Origin: Parcubacteria group bacterium
GTDB taxonomy: Bacteria > Patescibacteriota > Minisyncoccia > Moranbacterales > GCA-2747515
DNA: 64,000 nt
Direction: 5' to 3'
Assembly: GCA_041660065.1 (NCBI GenBank)
Contig: JBAZXC010000001.1
Location: 328,535-392,534, forward strand
In this document: positions 18,920 to 29,245 of the stretch, in pieces
Numbering within the stretch: the stretch's first letter is position 1
How the letters are laid out: every line of letters begins with the position of its first letter
Notes under the pieces: generated by a model
The model's database searches: none
Told to the model about the DNA's origin: nothing
What the model saw: only the letters and a program-made list of their open reading frames with translations
Position numbers and translations under genes: made by a program

Positions 18920-20299
18920 TTATAACTCATTATACACCTTCCAAATATCTCCCGCTCCCATTGTAATAAACACATCACCATCAGACAAATATTTTTTCAT
19001 CCATGCACCCAACTCCACGATCGTTGGCAGATGTTGTGCTTTGCTCGGAGAGAGATCATTGATTGCTTCCACAACACGCATTGCGTTGATATTTCCTTTC
19101 TTTTCTCGTGCACTGCCATAAATATCCAACACGACCACTTGATCCGCAAAAGCAAGCGCCGCAGCAAAATCCGACAGCAATGCTTCCGTACGCGTAAATG
19201 TATGCGGGTGAAATGCCACAATGATCTTTTTGCCGGGGAAAACTTCTCGCGTGCCACGCAATGTTTCTACGATTTCCTTTGGATGATGCGCGTAATCATC
19301 GACCAAGATTGCCCCATTATATTCGCCTCTGCGCTCAAAGCGCCGTGCCGTACCTGCAAATTGCGCAACGCCCTCCGCAGTTCTATACGCATCGCCTGTC
19401 AAAAGAAATGCCAGCAACCATGCAGCAGTCGCATTTGCGGCATTATGCGCACCATACAATTGTGTCATGATCTCGTATTCTTTTTCCTCAAAAAGCACCG
19501 TGATCTTTTGTCCATGTGCATCGATACTACGCCGCATGATCACACAATCATTTTTTACGTCTTCTCCATAAAAAACAACACGGCAATCTGCATGCGCCGC
19601 CACTGCACACACATCACCCTGATCACCACACGCTACCAAAATTCCATCCTGCGGAATGCGCGCAACAAACACGCCAAATACATCACGATATGACTCCACG
19701 TCCGCAAAAAAATCAGGATGGTCATAATCCACACTTGTAAGGATCACATCATGTGGCTGATACAACGCAAGCTTATTTTGATATTCATCCGCTTCAATGA
19801 TCAAAATGTCATCCCCAGTTACATACGCACCGCCATTCCACGCGGAAATTTGCGACCCTACAATAACTGTCGGCTTGACATCGGTCGCGATCATCGCAAA
19901 AGCTGTCAGCGCGGTCGTGGTCGTTTTACCGTGTGTGCCACACACCGCAATTGTCGACATCTCCGCCGTAAGAGCGCCAACTGCTTCCGGATACGAATAA
20001 ATTGTAATCCCCTTTTCTTTTGCAGCAATAATTTCCACATTATCAGTGCCATTTAGCGCTGTCGTATATACGACAAAATCAATGTGATCAGTAAGATGTG
20101 CTACATCAAAAGTATCGTACACAACAATACCATTTTGCACGAGCATTTCATGATAAAAACCATCACCCGTATCCACGCCACTCACATCGTATCCTTTTTT
20201 TGCATACACTACAGCGAGAGCCGATGTGCCAGCGCCACCAATTCCAACGATATACACTTTTTTCATAAATTCCTTTTTTACAATTTCAGCCACATCCAT
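18920..20299 (-). CDS. murC: UDP-N-acetylmuramate--L-alanine ligase
   Basis: VYIVGIGGAGTSALAVVYAKKGYDVSG plus Mur ligase middle and C-terminal domains. Confidence 0.9.
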   Translation of the reverse strand: MDVAEIVKKEFMKKVYIVGIGGAGTSALAVVYAKKGYDVSGVDTGDGFYHEMLVQNGIVVYDTFDVAHLTDHIDFVVYTTALNGTDNVEIIAAKEKGITIYSYPEAVGALTAEMSTIAVCGTHGKTTTTALTAFAMIATDVKPTVIVGSQISAWNGGAYVTGDDILIIEADEYQNKLALYQPHDVILTSVDYDHPDFFADVESYRDVFGVFVARIPQDGILVACGDQGDVCAVAAHADCRVVFYGEDVKNDCVIMRRSIDAHGQKITVLFEEKEYEIMTQLYGAHNAANATAAWLLAFLLTGDAYRTAEGVAQFAGTARRFERRGEYNGAILVDDYAHHPKEIVETLRGTREVFPGKKIIVAFHPHTFTRTEALLSDFAAALAFADQVVVLDIYGSAREKKGNINAMRVVEAINDLSPSKAQHLPTIVELGAWMKKYLSDGDVFITMGAGDIWKVYNEL

Positions 20300-20300
20300 C

Positions 20301-21431
20301 TTATTTTTCTTCGATCATTTTGAGAATGCCGGCAGCAATCTTGGCCGCAGCATCCGGATGATAAAACGCTTTGACATTTTCTTGCAACTTCACGCGCAAC
20401 TCTTTGCTGTATAAAAGCTCCGTGATCTTTTCCATCAAGATATTACTACCCAAATTTGATTCTTCCAAAACCAACGCCCCGCCAATCCTCGCAACTTCAA
20501 ACGCATTCATGTGTTGATGATTGTTTGCGCTACCGGCAAGAGGCACAAGAATTGACACTTTCTGATTTGCGGCAATTTCTGTAATGGAATTTGCTCCAGC
20601 ACGTGATACCACAATGTCAGAAACAGCATAGGCATCCGCCATCTCCTCACGACTAAAGAATGGCGCCGCAAAATATTGATGACGTTCGGATTTAAAGCCA
20701 TATTCAGCAGCACGATGTAAAACATCCTCATAATTTTCTTTTCCTGTGACATGAAGCACTTGGACAATTTTTGACAATTCCGGCAAAATCCGCAAAATCG
20801 CTTCATTGATCACTTGTGCACCTTGACTCCCTCCAAAAACAAAAAGTACGGGACGCGATTCACCAAAGCCCCACCGTTGATATCCGCGAGCACGATCCCC
20901 TTGTAGCATCGTTGTGCGAATTGGGTTGCCGGTTAATACTGTTTTCTCTGCGAGAAAATACCGCTTACTCGCCACATAAGACACTGCTACATAATATGAC
21001 AGCTTCCCACCGACGCGATTTGCCCACCCGGGAACTGCATCAGAATCATGCGTCAATACGCGAATACGATAGATACGCGCTGCGATCACTACAGGAATTG
21101 CCGCATAGCCTCCTTTTGAAAAAACAGCATCCGGCATAAAAATAAGGAGATGCCACAATGATTGCACGATACCAAAAGGTATACGAAAAAAATCAAAAAA
21201 ATATTCTATGGAAAAATATCTGCGCATTTTTCCTGTAGAGATGTTTTTTGTCTTAATACCAACAGCTGCCATGGATTGTTCCGCGAGATCCCCCATCTGT
21301 GACTTCGTGCCAATATAGAGAAATTCTACATCTTGACACTGGCGACGAATTTCTTCCGTTACTGCAATCAAAGGAAAAATGTGTCCCCCCGTACCGCCAC
21401 CTGTCAACACGATCCTCTTTTTATCGTTCAT
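20301..21431 (-). CDS. murG: UDP-GlcNAc:undecaprenyl-PP-MurNAc-pentapeptide GlcNAc transferase
   Basis: LTGGGTGGHIFPLIAV at the N-terminus. The stop of murC and start of murG abut. Confidence 0.9.
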   Translation of the reverse strand: MNDKKRIVLTGGGTGGHIFPLIAVTEEIRRQCQDVEFLYIGTKSQMGDLAEQSMAAVGIKTKNISTGKMRRYFSIEYFFDFFRIPFGIVQSLWHLLIFMPDAVFSKGGYAAIPVVIAARIYRIRVLTHDSDAVPGWANRVGGKLSYYVAVSYVASKRYFLAEKTVLTGNPIRTTMLQGDRARGYQRWGFGESRPVLFVFGGSQGAQVINEAILRILPELSKIVQVLHVTGKENYEDVLHRAAEYGFKSERHQYFAAPFFSREEMADAYAVSDIVVSRAGANSITEIAANQKVSILVPLAGSANNHQHMNAFEVARIGGALVLEESNLGSNILMEKITELLYSKELRVKLQENVKAFYHPDAAAKIAAGILKMIEEK

Positions 21432-21494
21432 GTGATAATCTTTATTGTTTATATAATACTACATACAACCATTATACCGCATAGCGCAGATCAT

Positions 21495-22697
21495 TCAAAT
21501 TTTTTCTTTTGATTGCTTGGAAATATTGAGCAAAATCCCCACAGCCGCCAACGAAAAAATAATTGATGTGCCTCCATAACTGATAAAAGGCATCGGGATG
21601 CCCGTGAGTGGCATGAGCGATGTGATCGCAGCGATGTTAATGATCGCTTGACCGGTGATCCACACAGTTATACCCCCTGCAACAAGCTTGCCAAATACGT
21701 CCGGCGCATTAGCAGCAATTTTCATCCCACGCCACGCAAATAGGAAAAAAAAGATCAAAACGATCAGTGCGCCGATGAGACCGAGTTCTTCGGAAATGAT
21801 CGCAAAGATCGAATCTCCGACCGGTTCCGGAAGATATAATCCTTTTTGTTTGCTATGTCCCAAACCAACGCCAAGCCATCCTCCGCTACCAATTGCGATC
21901 AGTGCTTGTTGGATCTGATAACCTGTCCCCTGTGGGTCAGCCTCCGGATTGATAAATGACATAAAACGTGCCATGCGATATGGCGCGGCAATGATCAAGA
22001 TAATGATCCCGGCCACTCCCAGCCCGATCACGCCAAAAATATGTTTTGATCTTGCACCCGCAAGATAAAAAACCGCAAGGGCAATAAACACCAAAATACT
22101 CGTCGTTCCCACATTTGGCTGCATCAAAACTAAAACGCATGGCAAACCGATAATTCCCAGAAATGGGATGAGACCCGTATAAAAGTCTTCAATCACTTTT
22201 GCACCTTTGCCACTGCACCACGCCGCAATATAGAGGATCAATGCCAACTTCATCATTTCAGATGGTTGAAAAGATGGGATAGGACCAAGATTGAGCCAAC
22301 GGCTTGCACCATATGCCGTAATGCCGAATTCGGGCACCAAAATAAGCACAAGAAGAGTAATCGCGGAAAGATAGATCACATGCGCCCATTTACGAAAAAA
22401 ATGATAATCGATACGACTAAAAACAACCAGTAAGACCAAACCCAACACTACGCCGATCAGTTGTCTTTTGAAAAAAAAATATGGATCACCAAACCGCACA
22501 TCCGCATAGACGATGCCCGCCGATGCCACCATAAGGACACCAAAAACCGTCAAAATGCCCACAATGCCAAAAAGCATGCGATCAGATGCACCGGAAAAGT
22601 GCAATGTCTCTCGAGAAATTTTATTTTTATTTTGTTTTTTCGAGTGTACTACTCTACTTTTTTTCTTAAACATTATCTGTTTTTTTACTGTGTTCAC
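21495..22697 (-). CDS. ftsW: SEDS family peptidoglycan glycosyltransferase FtsW/RodA
   Basis: Ten TM helices and the SGGWLGVGLGHS…LPEP motif. The start may be 22673 (MFKKK) to avoid overlap with trmD. Confidence 0.8.
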   Translation of the reverse strand: MNTVKKQIMFKKKSRVVHSKKQNKNKISRETLHFSGASDRMLFGIVGILTVFGVLMVASAGIVYADVRFGDPYFFFKRQLIGVVLGLVLLVVFSRIDYHFFRKWAHVIYLSAITLLVLILVPEFGITAYGASRWLNLGPIPSFQPSEMMKLALILYIAAWCSGKGAKVIEDFYTGLIPFLGIIGLPCVLVLMQPNVGTTSILVFIALAVFYLAGARSKHIFGVIGLGVAGIIILIIAAPYRMARFMSFINPEADPQGTGYQIQQALIAIGSGGWLGVGLGHSKQKGLYLPEPVGDSIFAIISEELGLIGALIVLIFFFLFAWRGMKIAANAPDVFGKLVAGGITVWITGQAIINIAAITSLMPLTGIPMPFISYGGTSIIFSLAAVGILLNISKQSKEKI

Positions 22698-23334
22698 TTC
22701 GCCACTTTTCGATCAATTGATGATTGCCGGAAAGCAATACATCCGGCACATGCCACCCATTGAAATCTTCCGGTTTAGTGTATTGCGGATGTTCACAATA
22801 TCCTTCTGTGGCGTGTGATTCATGTATAATACTTTCCGCATTACCCAAGACGCCCGGAAGCAAGCGTACGATGCTATCCGCAATAACCATTGCTCCCAAC
22901 TCACCACCGGTAAGTACATAATCCCCGATTGACAACTCCTCATCTGCAATATGTTCCGCAACACGCTCGTCCACACCTTCATACCGACCGCAGATAAAAA
23001 TTACGTGTTTATAATTTTTCAATCGCTGTGCGTCAGATTGTGTAAATCGTTTACCTTTTGCAGAGAGTAAAATGATTCGTCGATCTCTCTGTATATCACT
23101 GTTTTCCACAACCTGCACAACTGCACGATGAATCGGTGCAACTTGCATCACCATACCCGCACCGCCACCATACGGCGTATCATCCACACGATGATGTTTA
23201 TCCTCTGCAAAATCACGAATATCCGTATAACCGAAAGACGCCACACCTGCATCACATGCGCGTTTCATGATCGACCCTTCCATATATGGACGGACCAATT
23301 CCGGAAAAATTGTCAGAAAATCGATCTTTATCAT
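22666..23334 (-). CDS. trmD: tRNA (guanine37-N1)-methyltransferase
   Basis: MIKIDFLTIFPE… SPOUT knot motifs. Confidence 0.9.
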   Translation of the reverse strand: MIKIDFLTIFPELVRPYMEGSIMKRACDAGVASFGYTDIRDFAEDKHHRVDDTPYGGGAGMVMQVAPIHRAVVQVVENSDIQRDRRIILLSAKGKRFTQSDAQRLKNYKHVIFICGRYEGVDERVAEHIADEELSIGDYVLTGGELGAMVIADSIVRLLPGVLGNAESIIHESHATEGYCEHPQYTKPEDFNGWHVPDVLLSGNHQLIEKWRSEHSKKTDNV

Positions 23335-23410
23335 ATGTGTAGCTCTTATTGTACCCTTTTTTTGAGTATTTTAAAAGTAGAACATTATATATTATGGGAA
23401 AAATTATCGC

Positions 23411-23445
23411 AAATCAAAAACCATCCGCCTTGGGCGGATGGTTTT
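23411..23445 (-). terminator. Rho-independent terminator downstream of rplL
   Basis: Stem AAAAACCATCCGCC/GGCGGATGGTTTT. The minus-strand reading has a trailing T-run. Confidence 0.65.
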
Positions 23446-23472
23446 CGTGCATGCGATATTCACCGAGAAAGA

Positions 23473-23886
23473 CTATTTTACACTTACTGTTGCGCCAGCT
23501 TCTTCAAGCTTTGCTTTTACTTTTTCAGCCTCTTCTTTTGATACACCCTCTTTGATCACTTTTGGTGCAGCATCTACCATGTCTTTTGCTTCTTTTAAAC
23601 CAAGACCTGTGATCTCACGCACTGCTTTGATCACATTGATCTTTGATGCACCAACTGCTGCCAATTCTACATCAAATGCTGTTTTCTCTTCCGCAGCAGC
23701 TTCACCGCCAGCTACCGGCATAGCCATCGCTACCGGAGCAGCAGCAGACACGCCAAATTTCTCTTCGAGAACTTTGATCAACTCCGCAAGATCGAGAACA
23801 CTCATCTCTTCGATCTCTTTGACGATCTTTTCAAACTTCTTTGGCACTACTACTTCTTTTTCTTCTGCCTTTTTTTCCTCTGTCAT
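23473..23886 (-). CDS. rplL: 50S ribosomal protein L7/L12
   Basis: Ala-rich hinge and C-terminal [24 protein letters not shown]. Confidence 0.9.
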   Translation of the reverse strand: MTEEKKAEEKEVVVPKKFEKIVKEIEEMSVLDLAELIKVLEEKFGVSAAAPVAMAMPVAGGEAAAEEKTAFDVELAAVGASKINVIKAVREITGLGLKEAKDMVDAAPKVIKEGVSKEEAEKVKAKLEEAGATVSVK

Positions 23887-23940
23887 AGGATTATTGGTTA
23901 AACTTATTAATTAATTTATAAATAAATTACATGGAAAATA

Positions 23941-24459
23941 TTATGATTCTTTGCTGTCTTTGATCGCTGAAAGTGCTTGTACGAATGTACGCGGCACACC
24001 AGCCAACACATTGACGAAACCACTGATCGGCGCCTGCAATTGTCCGAGGAGTCGCGCACGGAGTTCGTCGCGTGACGGCAATTTTGCCAATACATTCACT
24101 TCATCCACGCTCATCAATTTCTCTCCAAGCACACCGCCAACGATTTTGATGTTCTCATTTTTCTTTGCTGTGTCAAAAATGATCTTTGCGCTTGTCACCT
24201 CATCCGGAGATACACTCACTGCGATCTGTCCTTCAAATGATTTTGGATCGATCTCAATGTTGTTATTTTTGAGTGCGATCGCCAATAGTTTTTTCTTGAT
24301 GATCTGAAATGTCGATCCCGCCTGACGAAGATCTCTCTTGAGCGTCACCATATCATTTGCGTTTAGGCCTTTGAAATCAGCCAAGACACATGCGGGGGAC
24401 GATTTGAGTTCTTTTGTCAACTTTGCGACAATCACCTCTTTTTGTTGTCGTGTGAGCAT
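23941..24459 (-). CDS. rplJ: 50S ribosomal protein L10
   Basis: MLTRQQKEVIVAKLTKEL… Start trimmed by 10 codons relative to the tracked ORF. Confidence 0.85.
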   Translation of the reverse strand: MLTRQQKEVIVAKLTKELKSSPACVLADFKGLNANDMVTLKRDLRQAGSTFQIIKKKLLAIALKNNNIEIDPKSFEGQIAVSVSPDEVTSAKIIFDTAKKNENIKIVGGVLGEKLMSVDEVNVLAKLPSRDELRARLLGQLQAPISGFVNVLAGVPRTFVQALSAIKDSKES

Positions 24460-24663
24460 ATATTTCTTTGCGTTAACCCATTTATGCAATTAAAAAATCC
24501 TGCGGTCAAACTTCGCAGAACTCATTAATAGACGTAATTACCTACATCATCAATGTTCCTCACAAGGACTTATGTCCTGCCTTGCTTCTGCGGAGCATTT
24601 GTGCGTATTCATTTTTTCAAAACTCCCCTATCGTATCGCAATATGCAACAACTGTCAACTCAT

Positions 24664-25038
24664 TTACGCTACTGGAGTTGCTTCTGGTGTTTTTTCTGTC
24701 TTTTCCACACTCTCCGCCTCTTTTGTCTTTTCTTCCACGACTTCAGCAACCGCTTCCGGCTCCGGCGTTGGTTTTGCAGGGACTTTTACAACACGTTTTG
24801 CGCCTTTGATCACGCCATTTCTGACCAAAAGATTGTACACGCTATCAGATGGCTGTGCACCATTTGCCAAAAATTGCTTGATCTTTTCCTCTTTCAAAAC
24901 TGTTTGCTTGAGATGAGGATCATGGCTTCCCACGACTGCGATGTGTTTTCCTTTCGGTGACTTCGTTTTTTCCTGTACCACGATGCGATATTGCGCGTGA
25001 TTGTGTCTTCCGACACGACTGTACCGTATTACCAACAT
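24664..25038 (-). CDS. rpsP: 30S ribosomal protein S16 with Lys/Glu-rich C-terminal extension
   Basis: MLVIRYSRVGRHNHAQYRIVV… matches S16. The gene is 124 aa because of the tail. Confidence 0.85.
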   Translation of the reverse strand: MLVIRYSRVGRHNHAQYRIVVQEKTKSPKGKHIAVVGSHDPHLKQTVLKEEKIKQFLANGAQPSDSVYNLLVRNGVIKGAKRVVKVPAKPTPEPEAVAEVVEEKTKEAESVEKTEKTPEATPVA

Positions 25039-25304
25039 AATTTCACTTATTATTATAGACTAATCAAACAACCGCATGAGCATGTACTCTCATGAGTAGT
25101 AAAGCATGTACTGTATAGCATAACCAATATCTCATTTTTTGTCAATATTCCACGATTATTCATCACACAGCGCAAAGCGGACATTTGCATCAACAGTTTC
25201 TCTATCTTTCCGGTCATGATAAATTAGAGCGTGTTTCCAGATTTCAATTTTTATTATTCACATTTTCCTGATATAATAGAAAAATAAAATATCAAAATAA
25301 AAAT

Positions 25305-26036
25305 ATGAAAGATCAGAAAGTTTCCACAATACTCGGCACGACAATTCTTATCATCATTGCTGCAACAGTTGCAGGATTTACATTTCTGTGTGTAAAAAAT
25401 ACTTCGATCAAAACGAATATCGCGCCGACTGTTGTTCAACCGCGATTAAGTCAAAAAAAAGGAGTTCTTGACGATGTAAATAAAAATATTACAAAAGAAG
25501 ATTTGCTCATAGCAAGTGATTGGAAAATGGTTTCTCATAAAAACTTCTGGAATAATCCCGATCTTTTTTCACATTCAAATTATTTTTTTCCACAGATTGT
25601 CTTTTATTATCCTGAAAACTGGTACTTTCAGTGTTGCAATGATATGAATTACGCCTCAGTGCATAATATTTTTTCCTCCCAAGATCAAAAAACATCAAAA
25701 CCATATATTAGGATTACAAATTATAGCCTATTAGGCTGTCCATCTACAAAAAAACAATGTTCATTGGACGAAAAAATTACACTATCCGCAAATGAAAAGT
25801 TTCTACAGTTAATTTCAGAAATTCCTCAAAAATATAATCTTCCATCTGTGCATCTTTCGAACATTGATGCTGATGCCTTTATGTATCAAAAATTAGAAAA
25901 AGATGGTAATTTTTCCAAAGGATGTTTTGTCAAATTACGCGATGGTGTTATCGGAGTGGATTTTGTGCATGATGATTTATTTGTTGGAGATTTTATTGAA
26001 AAATTCTTATCTACTATTTCATACGAAATAAAATAG
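25305..26036 (+). CDS. hypothetical membrane-anchored protein
   Basis: N-terminal TM helix. An A/T-rich promoter region with TGATATAAT-like -10 lies upstream. Confidence 0.5.
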   Translation: MKDQKVSTILGTTILIIIAATVAGFTFLCVKNTSIKTNIAPTVVQPRLSQKKGVLDDVNKNITKEDLLIASDWKMVSHKNFWNNPDLFSHSNYFFPQIVFYYPENWYFQCCNDMNYASVHNIFSSQDQKTSKPYIRITNYSLLGCPSTKKQCSLDEKITLSANEKFLQLISEIPQKYNLPSVHLSNIDADAFMYQKLEKDGNFSKGCFVKLRDGVIGVDFVHDDLFVGDFIEKFLSTISYEIK

Positions 26037-26101
26037 AAATTTTAGCATTAAAGAAAAAAGACGAAATTCTATTACAGAATTTCGTCTTTATAATTGTACA
26101 A

Positions 26102-27625
26102 TCAACGCTCAATAATTTGCGGACTAAAACTATGTAGATTTCCAGATGTATTTTTTCCAGAGTAAACAACAAAGTGCAAATGATTGTTGTCTGTCCCAGT
26201 GTTGGAAATATATCCGATTATTGTGCTTGTAGACACAGTATTTCCTATAGCAACTTGAATATTGGTTAAATGGAGATACCCACTCCACCATTTACTACCA
26301 TTATATTCATGCTCAATAAGAACTTGACCATAATTTCCTCCTGCGTTTATGGCACCAGCATATGTTTGAGTGACAATACCTGAAGTGGTTGCATAGACCG
26401 GTTGGGCATTATCATAATCATAGCTTGGAAAATTCAAATTAATATCCCATGCCCATGTGTCATCAGAACTTCCTATTCCACCCGTAGCTGTATGTGCCCC
26501 TGTACCATGTTGATTAAAACACCATTTATCAGTAGGGCAATCATCTTGATTATTGACGATTCCCAATTCTCCAATGACAGGAGATAAAATTTTAGACGGA
26601 GGAGTACCTCGCACCACCCACAAACGCGTAATATAGCTTGCGTTTTTTGGCGTGTAATTCTTTTCTCCCCACCACAGTGACGCGTGCCACGCATAGCCGG
26701 AATTCACTTCCAGCGTGGTGGATGTCCAGTGATGTGCATTGGAAACGTTTGTGAATGGATGTCCGACCGGCAATGCCGGAGCGATTCGACCCATGTCCAT
26801 CAAACTTTTCAGTTCATTGATATTTGGCATGCGCCAATCCGTATGACCAAAATTTGGATTTGTGCCGGCATTCATGCCGTTGACATAACTGACAGCATTG
26901 AGCCATGTGATGTCATAGGTGAGTTGTGAGTTTTTGGTCCACATGAGACCGGTGAGATTGTCTGTGACCGTGCTATCCCCATTATCAGTAAATCTATAGC
27001 TATCCCAGCCGACACCTTTTTGGAGGTTGCCATCATCACCCGTGGCATAGGATGTCTTTTGCCATGTTTTTGACAGTTTAGCCGGTCCGGTACTTTCCCC
27101 GCACACAGGCCACAGATTAAAAGGGCTTGTTTTCCCGGTAACTGCGGTACTTCCGCGATCAAATTCCACCACACTTGCTGCCGTTGTCTGATTTGCGATA
27201 GACGTTGATGTGAAATAGTAATAGTAGGGATAGGTTGTCTGCAGATTCGTGAATGGATGATTTTGTGCAAGAGCTGGAGCTGTGCGTCCATGATCAACAA
27301 GACTGAGAAGTTCATTCATGTTTGGCATGCGCCAATCAGTGCGTCCCGCATAGCTTGTGGCATTCATATTTGCAATGTAACTGAGCATTTGCTGCCACGT
27401 TCTGCGATTGCCGGTCAGATTTGCATTTTTGGTCCATATGAGACCGGTGAGATTGTCTGTTACGGTGAGATTGTCGTTGTTGAGAGTGAATCGTGGTTCG
27501 GGTAGCGGTATACCTCCGGGACCATCATCACTTTGTCCTGTTTTTGGAAGAGAAATGATCTCTGCTGTTGCATTGCTTGTAAAACATAGTAGAAAAATGA
27601 TCAGTGTAAGACATTTCCATCGCAT
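26102..27625 (-). CDS. Secreted protein with two DUF1566 (Lcl C-terminal-like) domains and a C-terminal M23 peptidase domain
   Basis: Signal peptide. Repeated DNLTGL(I/M)WTKN…WRMPN(M/I)NEL(L/K)SL(V/M)D blocks. C-terminal YLHLTNIQV…HLHFVVY is an LytM/M23 signature. Confidence 0.7.
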   Translation of the reverse strand: MRWKCLTLIIFLLCFTSNATAEIISLPKTGQSDDGPGGIPLPEPRFTLNNDNLTVTDNLTGLIWTKNANLTGNRRTWQQMLSYIANMNATSYAGRTDWRMPNMNELLSLVDHGRTAPALAQNHPFTNLQTTYPYYYYFTSTSIANQTTAASVVEFDRGSTAVTGKTSPFNLWPVCGESTGPAKLSKTWQKTSYATGDDGNLQKGVGWDSYRFTDNGDSTVTDNLTGLMWTKNSQLTYDITWLNAVSYVNGMNAGTNPNFGHTDWRMPNINELKSLMDMGRIAPALPVGHPFTNVSNAHHWTSTTLEVNSGYAWHASLWWGEKNYTPKNASYITRLWVVRGTPPSKILSPVIGELGIVNNQDDCPTDKWCFNQHGTGAHTATGGIGSSDDTWAWDINLNFPSYDYDNAQPVYATTSGIVTQTYAGAINAGGNYGQVLIEHEYNGSKWWSGYLHLTNIQVAIGNTVSTSTIIGYISNTGTDNNHLHFVVYSGKNTSGNLHSFSPQIIER

Positions 27626-27802
27626 GCGTTACCTCTTTGGTTTGTGGTTTTTTGGTTACAATATTGTGAATGATGTTAAGCCTTCGGTTTCTTTGTGTGT
27701 TCCCTCCTTTATGTGATTTTTGGTTGTGAAAGAACGGCATCAACTGTTTCCTGTCACATTGATGTTATAAAATGTAATTTTTTATTTTGCTTTTCTTTTC
27801 AA

Positions 27803-28519
27803 TTACTTACCGCGTAATACATAGAGCGGGAAAATGATCACTGCACGAATAATCCTCTTGATGCGCCGGGGTTGTTGTGCAAAACGAAAGAGCCATTCAC
27901 AGCCGCATCGGCGCATCCAGTGCGGTGCACGTTTGACCTTGCCGGTTGCAAAGTCAAATGCCCCGCCGACACCGATCCCTACTCTACATGCGTTGCGATC
28001 TTTGAGCATATGGATGAACATCTCTTGATACGGTGCACCAAAGTTACACAAGACGATATCGGCAGATGTCTCCGGATCGATATGCGGTGCATGCGGATCC
28101 ATATTTGCGCCGATAACCCTAATATGCGGATACCGCAATCGGATCACATTGTGCATATCCTGCCACTGTGTCAAGCCAAATGCATTGGTCGCGAGAAAAA
28201 CCGACAGTCTCCCGCGATCTGCATGATCAAGTAACTGCCACATCAATTCCACACCCGTCATACGGCATTGCACACGCTTTCCGCGCCAGAAAAAAGCACA
28301 CGACACACCGAAGCCATCGACCACTTGCAGATCTGCTGAATTGAGTACGGCACGAAAATCCTTATCGTGCCGCGCAGTATAGAGAAACTCCGGATTGATG
28401 GTGACAACTTGTCGTGCTATATTTTCTTGCAAAAATCGCGAAATCGCTTTCTCGATCTCTACGCAAGACACATTGGTTACATCTACTCCACAAATACGAA
28501 CACTTTGATTATTTGTCAT
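27803..28519 (-). CDS. WecB/TagA/CpsF family glycosyltransferase
   Basis: Glyco_tran_WecB pattern (…ADLQVVDGFGV…VFLATNAFG…). Confidence 0.8.
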   Translation of the reverse strand: MTNNQSVRICGVDVTNVSCVEIEKAISRFLQENIARQVVTINPEFLYTARHDKDFRAVLNSADLQVVDGFGVSCAFFWRGKRVQCRMTGVELMWQLLDHADRGRLSVFLATNAFGLTQWQDMHNVIRLRYPHIRVIGANMDPHAPHIDPETSADIVLCNFGAPYQEMFIHMLKDRNACRVGIGVGGAFDFATGKVKRAPHWMRRCGCEWLFRFAQQPRRIKRIIRAVIIFPLYVLRGK

Positions 28520-28540
28520 AATGAGACCTATTGGAGATTT

Positions 28541-29101
28541 TTATCGCAAATCAAAGACACATACCGGCTCAAATTGCCATGTGTCATCAACATGAGTGCT
28601 TTCAAAAAGTGTAAGTGCACTGACATCCATCTCAAAAGGTAACGGCATTTCCATCGGCGGATATTCCGTGAGTTCCTGCCACTTCTGCGCGCGCATACTG
28701 CCCAATGCAATGACTGGCCGAAATGAGACATTTTTTCCGAGTGGTAAATGCAATGCTTTCCCAATTGCGTAATATAACTCCTTTAGCATCTCACTGTCCT
28801 CCCCAATAACTTGTACACGCTGTGCGTCACGAGGATCGGTTTTGTTGATGTCTTTGCTTCGCGCTACAACCTTTGTAAAAGAAAGCGAAAAAGAGGGTGT
28901 TTTTGCACTTAACTCCAAAAGAGCGTTTTCAATCTGCAAGAAATCACTGTCACTCACCCAACCAATTGTGATGAGACCAACATGAAAACTGTCTTCTTTG
29001 TGCCACTTGATCGGCAGTTCCTGCCACGGACGTATCGCACGCGAAATTGCCCTCTTAAAATGTGTATCGAGATCGATCCCGATGAATAATTTCTGTTGCA
29101 T
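28541..29101 (-). CDS. 2H-phosphoesterase (LigT-like) fold protein, both H-x-T/S-x motifs degenerate
   Basis: 186 aa. LFIGIDL…FHVGLITIG and FRPVIALG align to the LigT HxTx motifs but lack the second His and the Thr. Confidence 0.4.
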   Translation of the reverse strand: MQQKLFIGIDLDTHFKRAISRAIRPWQELPIKWHKEDSFHVGLITIGWVSDSDFLQIENALLELSAKTPSFSLSFTKVVARSKDINKTDPRDAQRVQVIGEDSEMLKELYYAIGKALHLPLGKNVSFRPVIALGSMRAQKWQELTEYPPMEMPLPFEMDVSALTLFESTHVDDTWQFEPVCVFDLR

Positions 29102-29245
29102 ATATATTGATAAATAGATTAATCATGTCCCTACAAGTATAACATCGTTTATGATGATACCAAAACGGTGTTTTTTGCAGGTTACTTTTATAGTATTATC
29201 ATATCACGCAAAAGATAACAAAAAGCGAACACCGGGATTAACTAA

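Noticed and set aside
25040-25304. tRNA or other small RNA genes in the larger intergenic spacers (also 57840-58110, 8700-8895)
   Set aside because: No cloverleaf-compatible segments with conserved T-loop (GTTCRANYC) or D-loop features were visible. These spacers look like promoter or terminator regions only.
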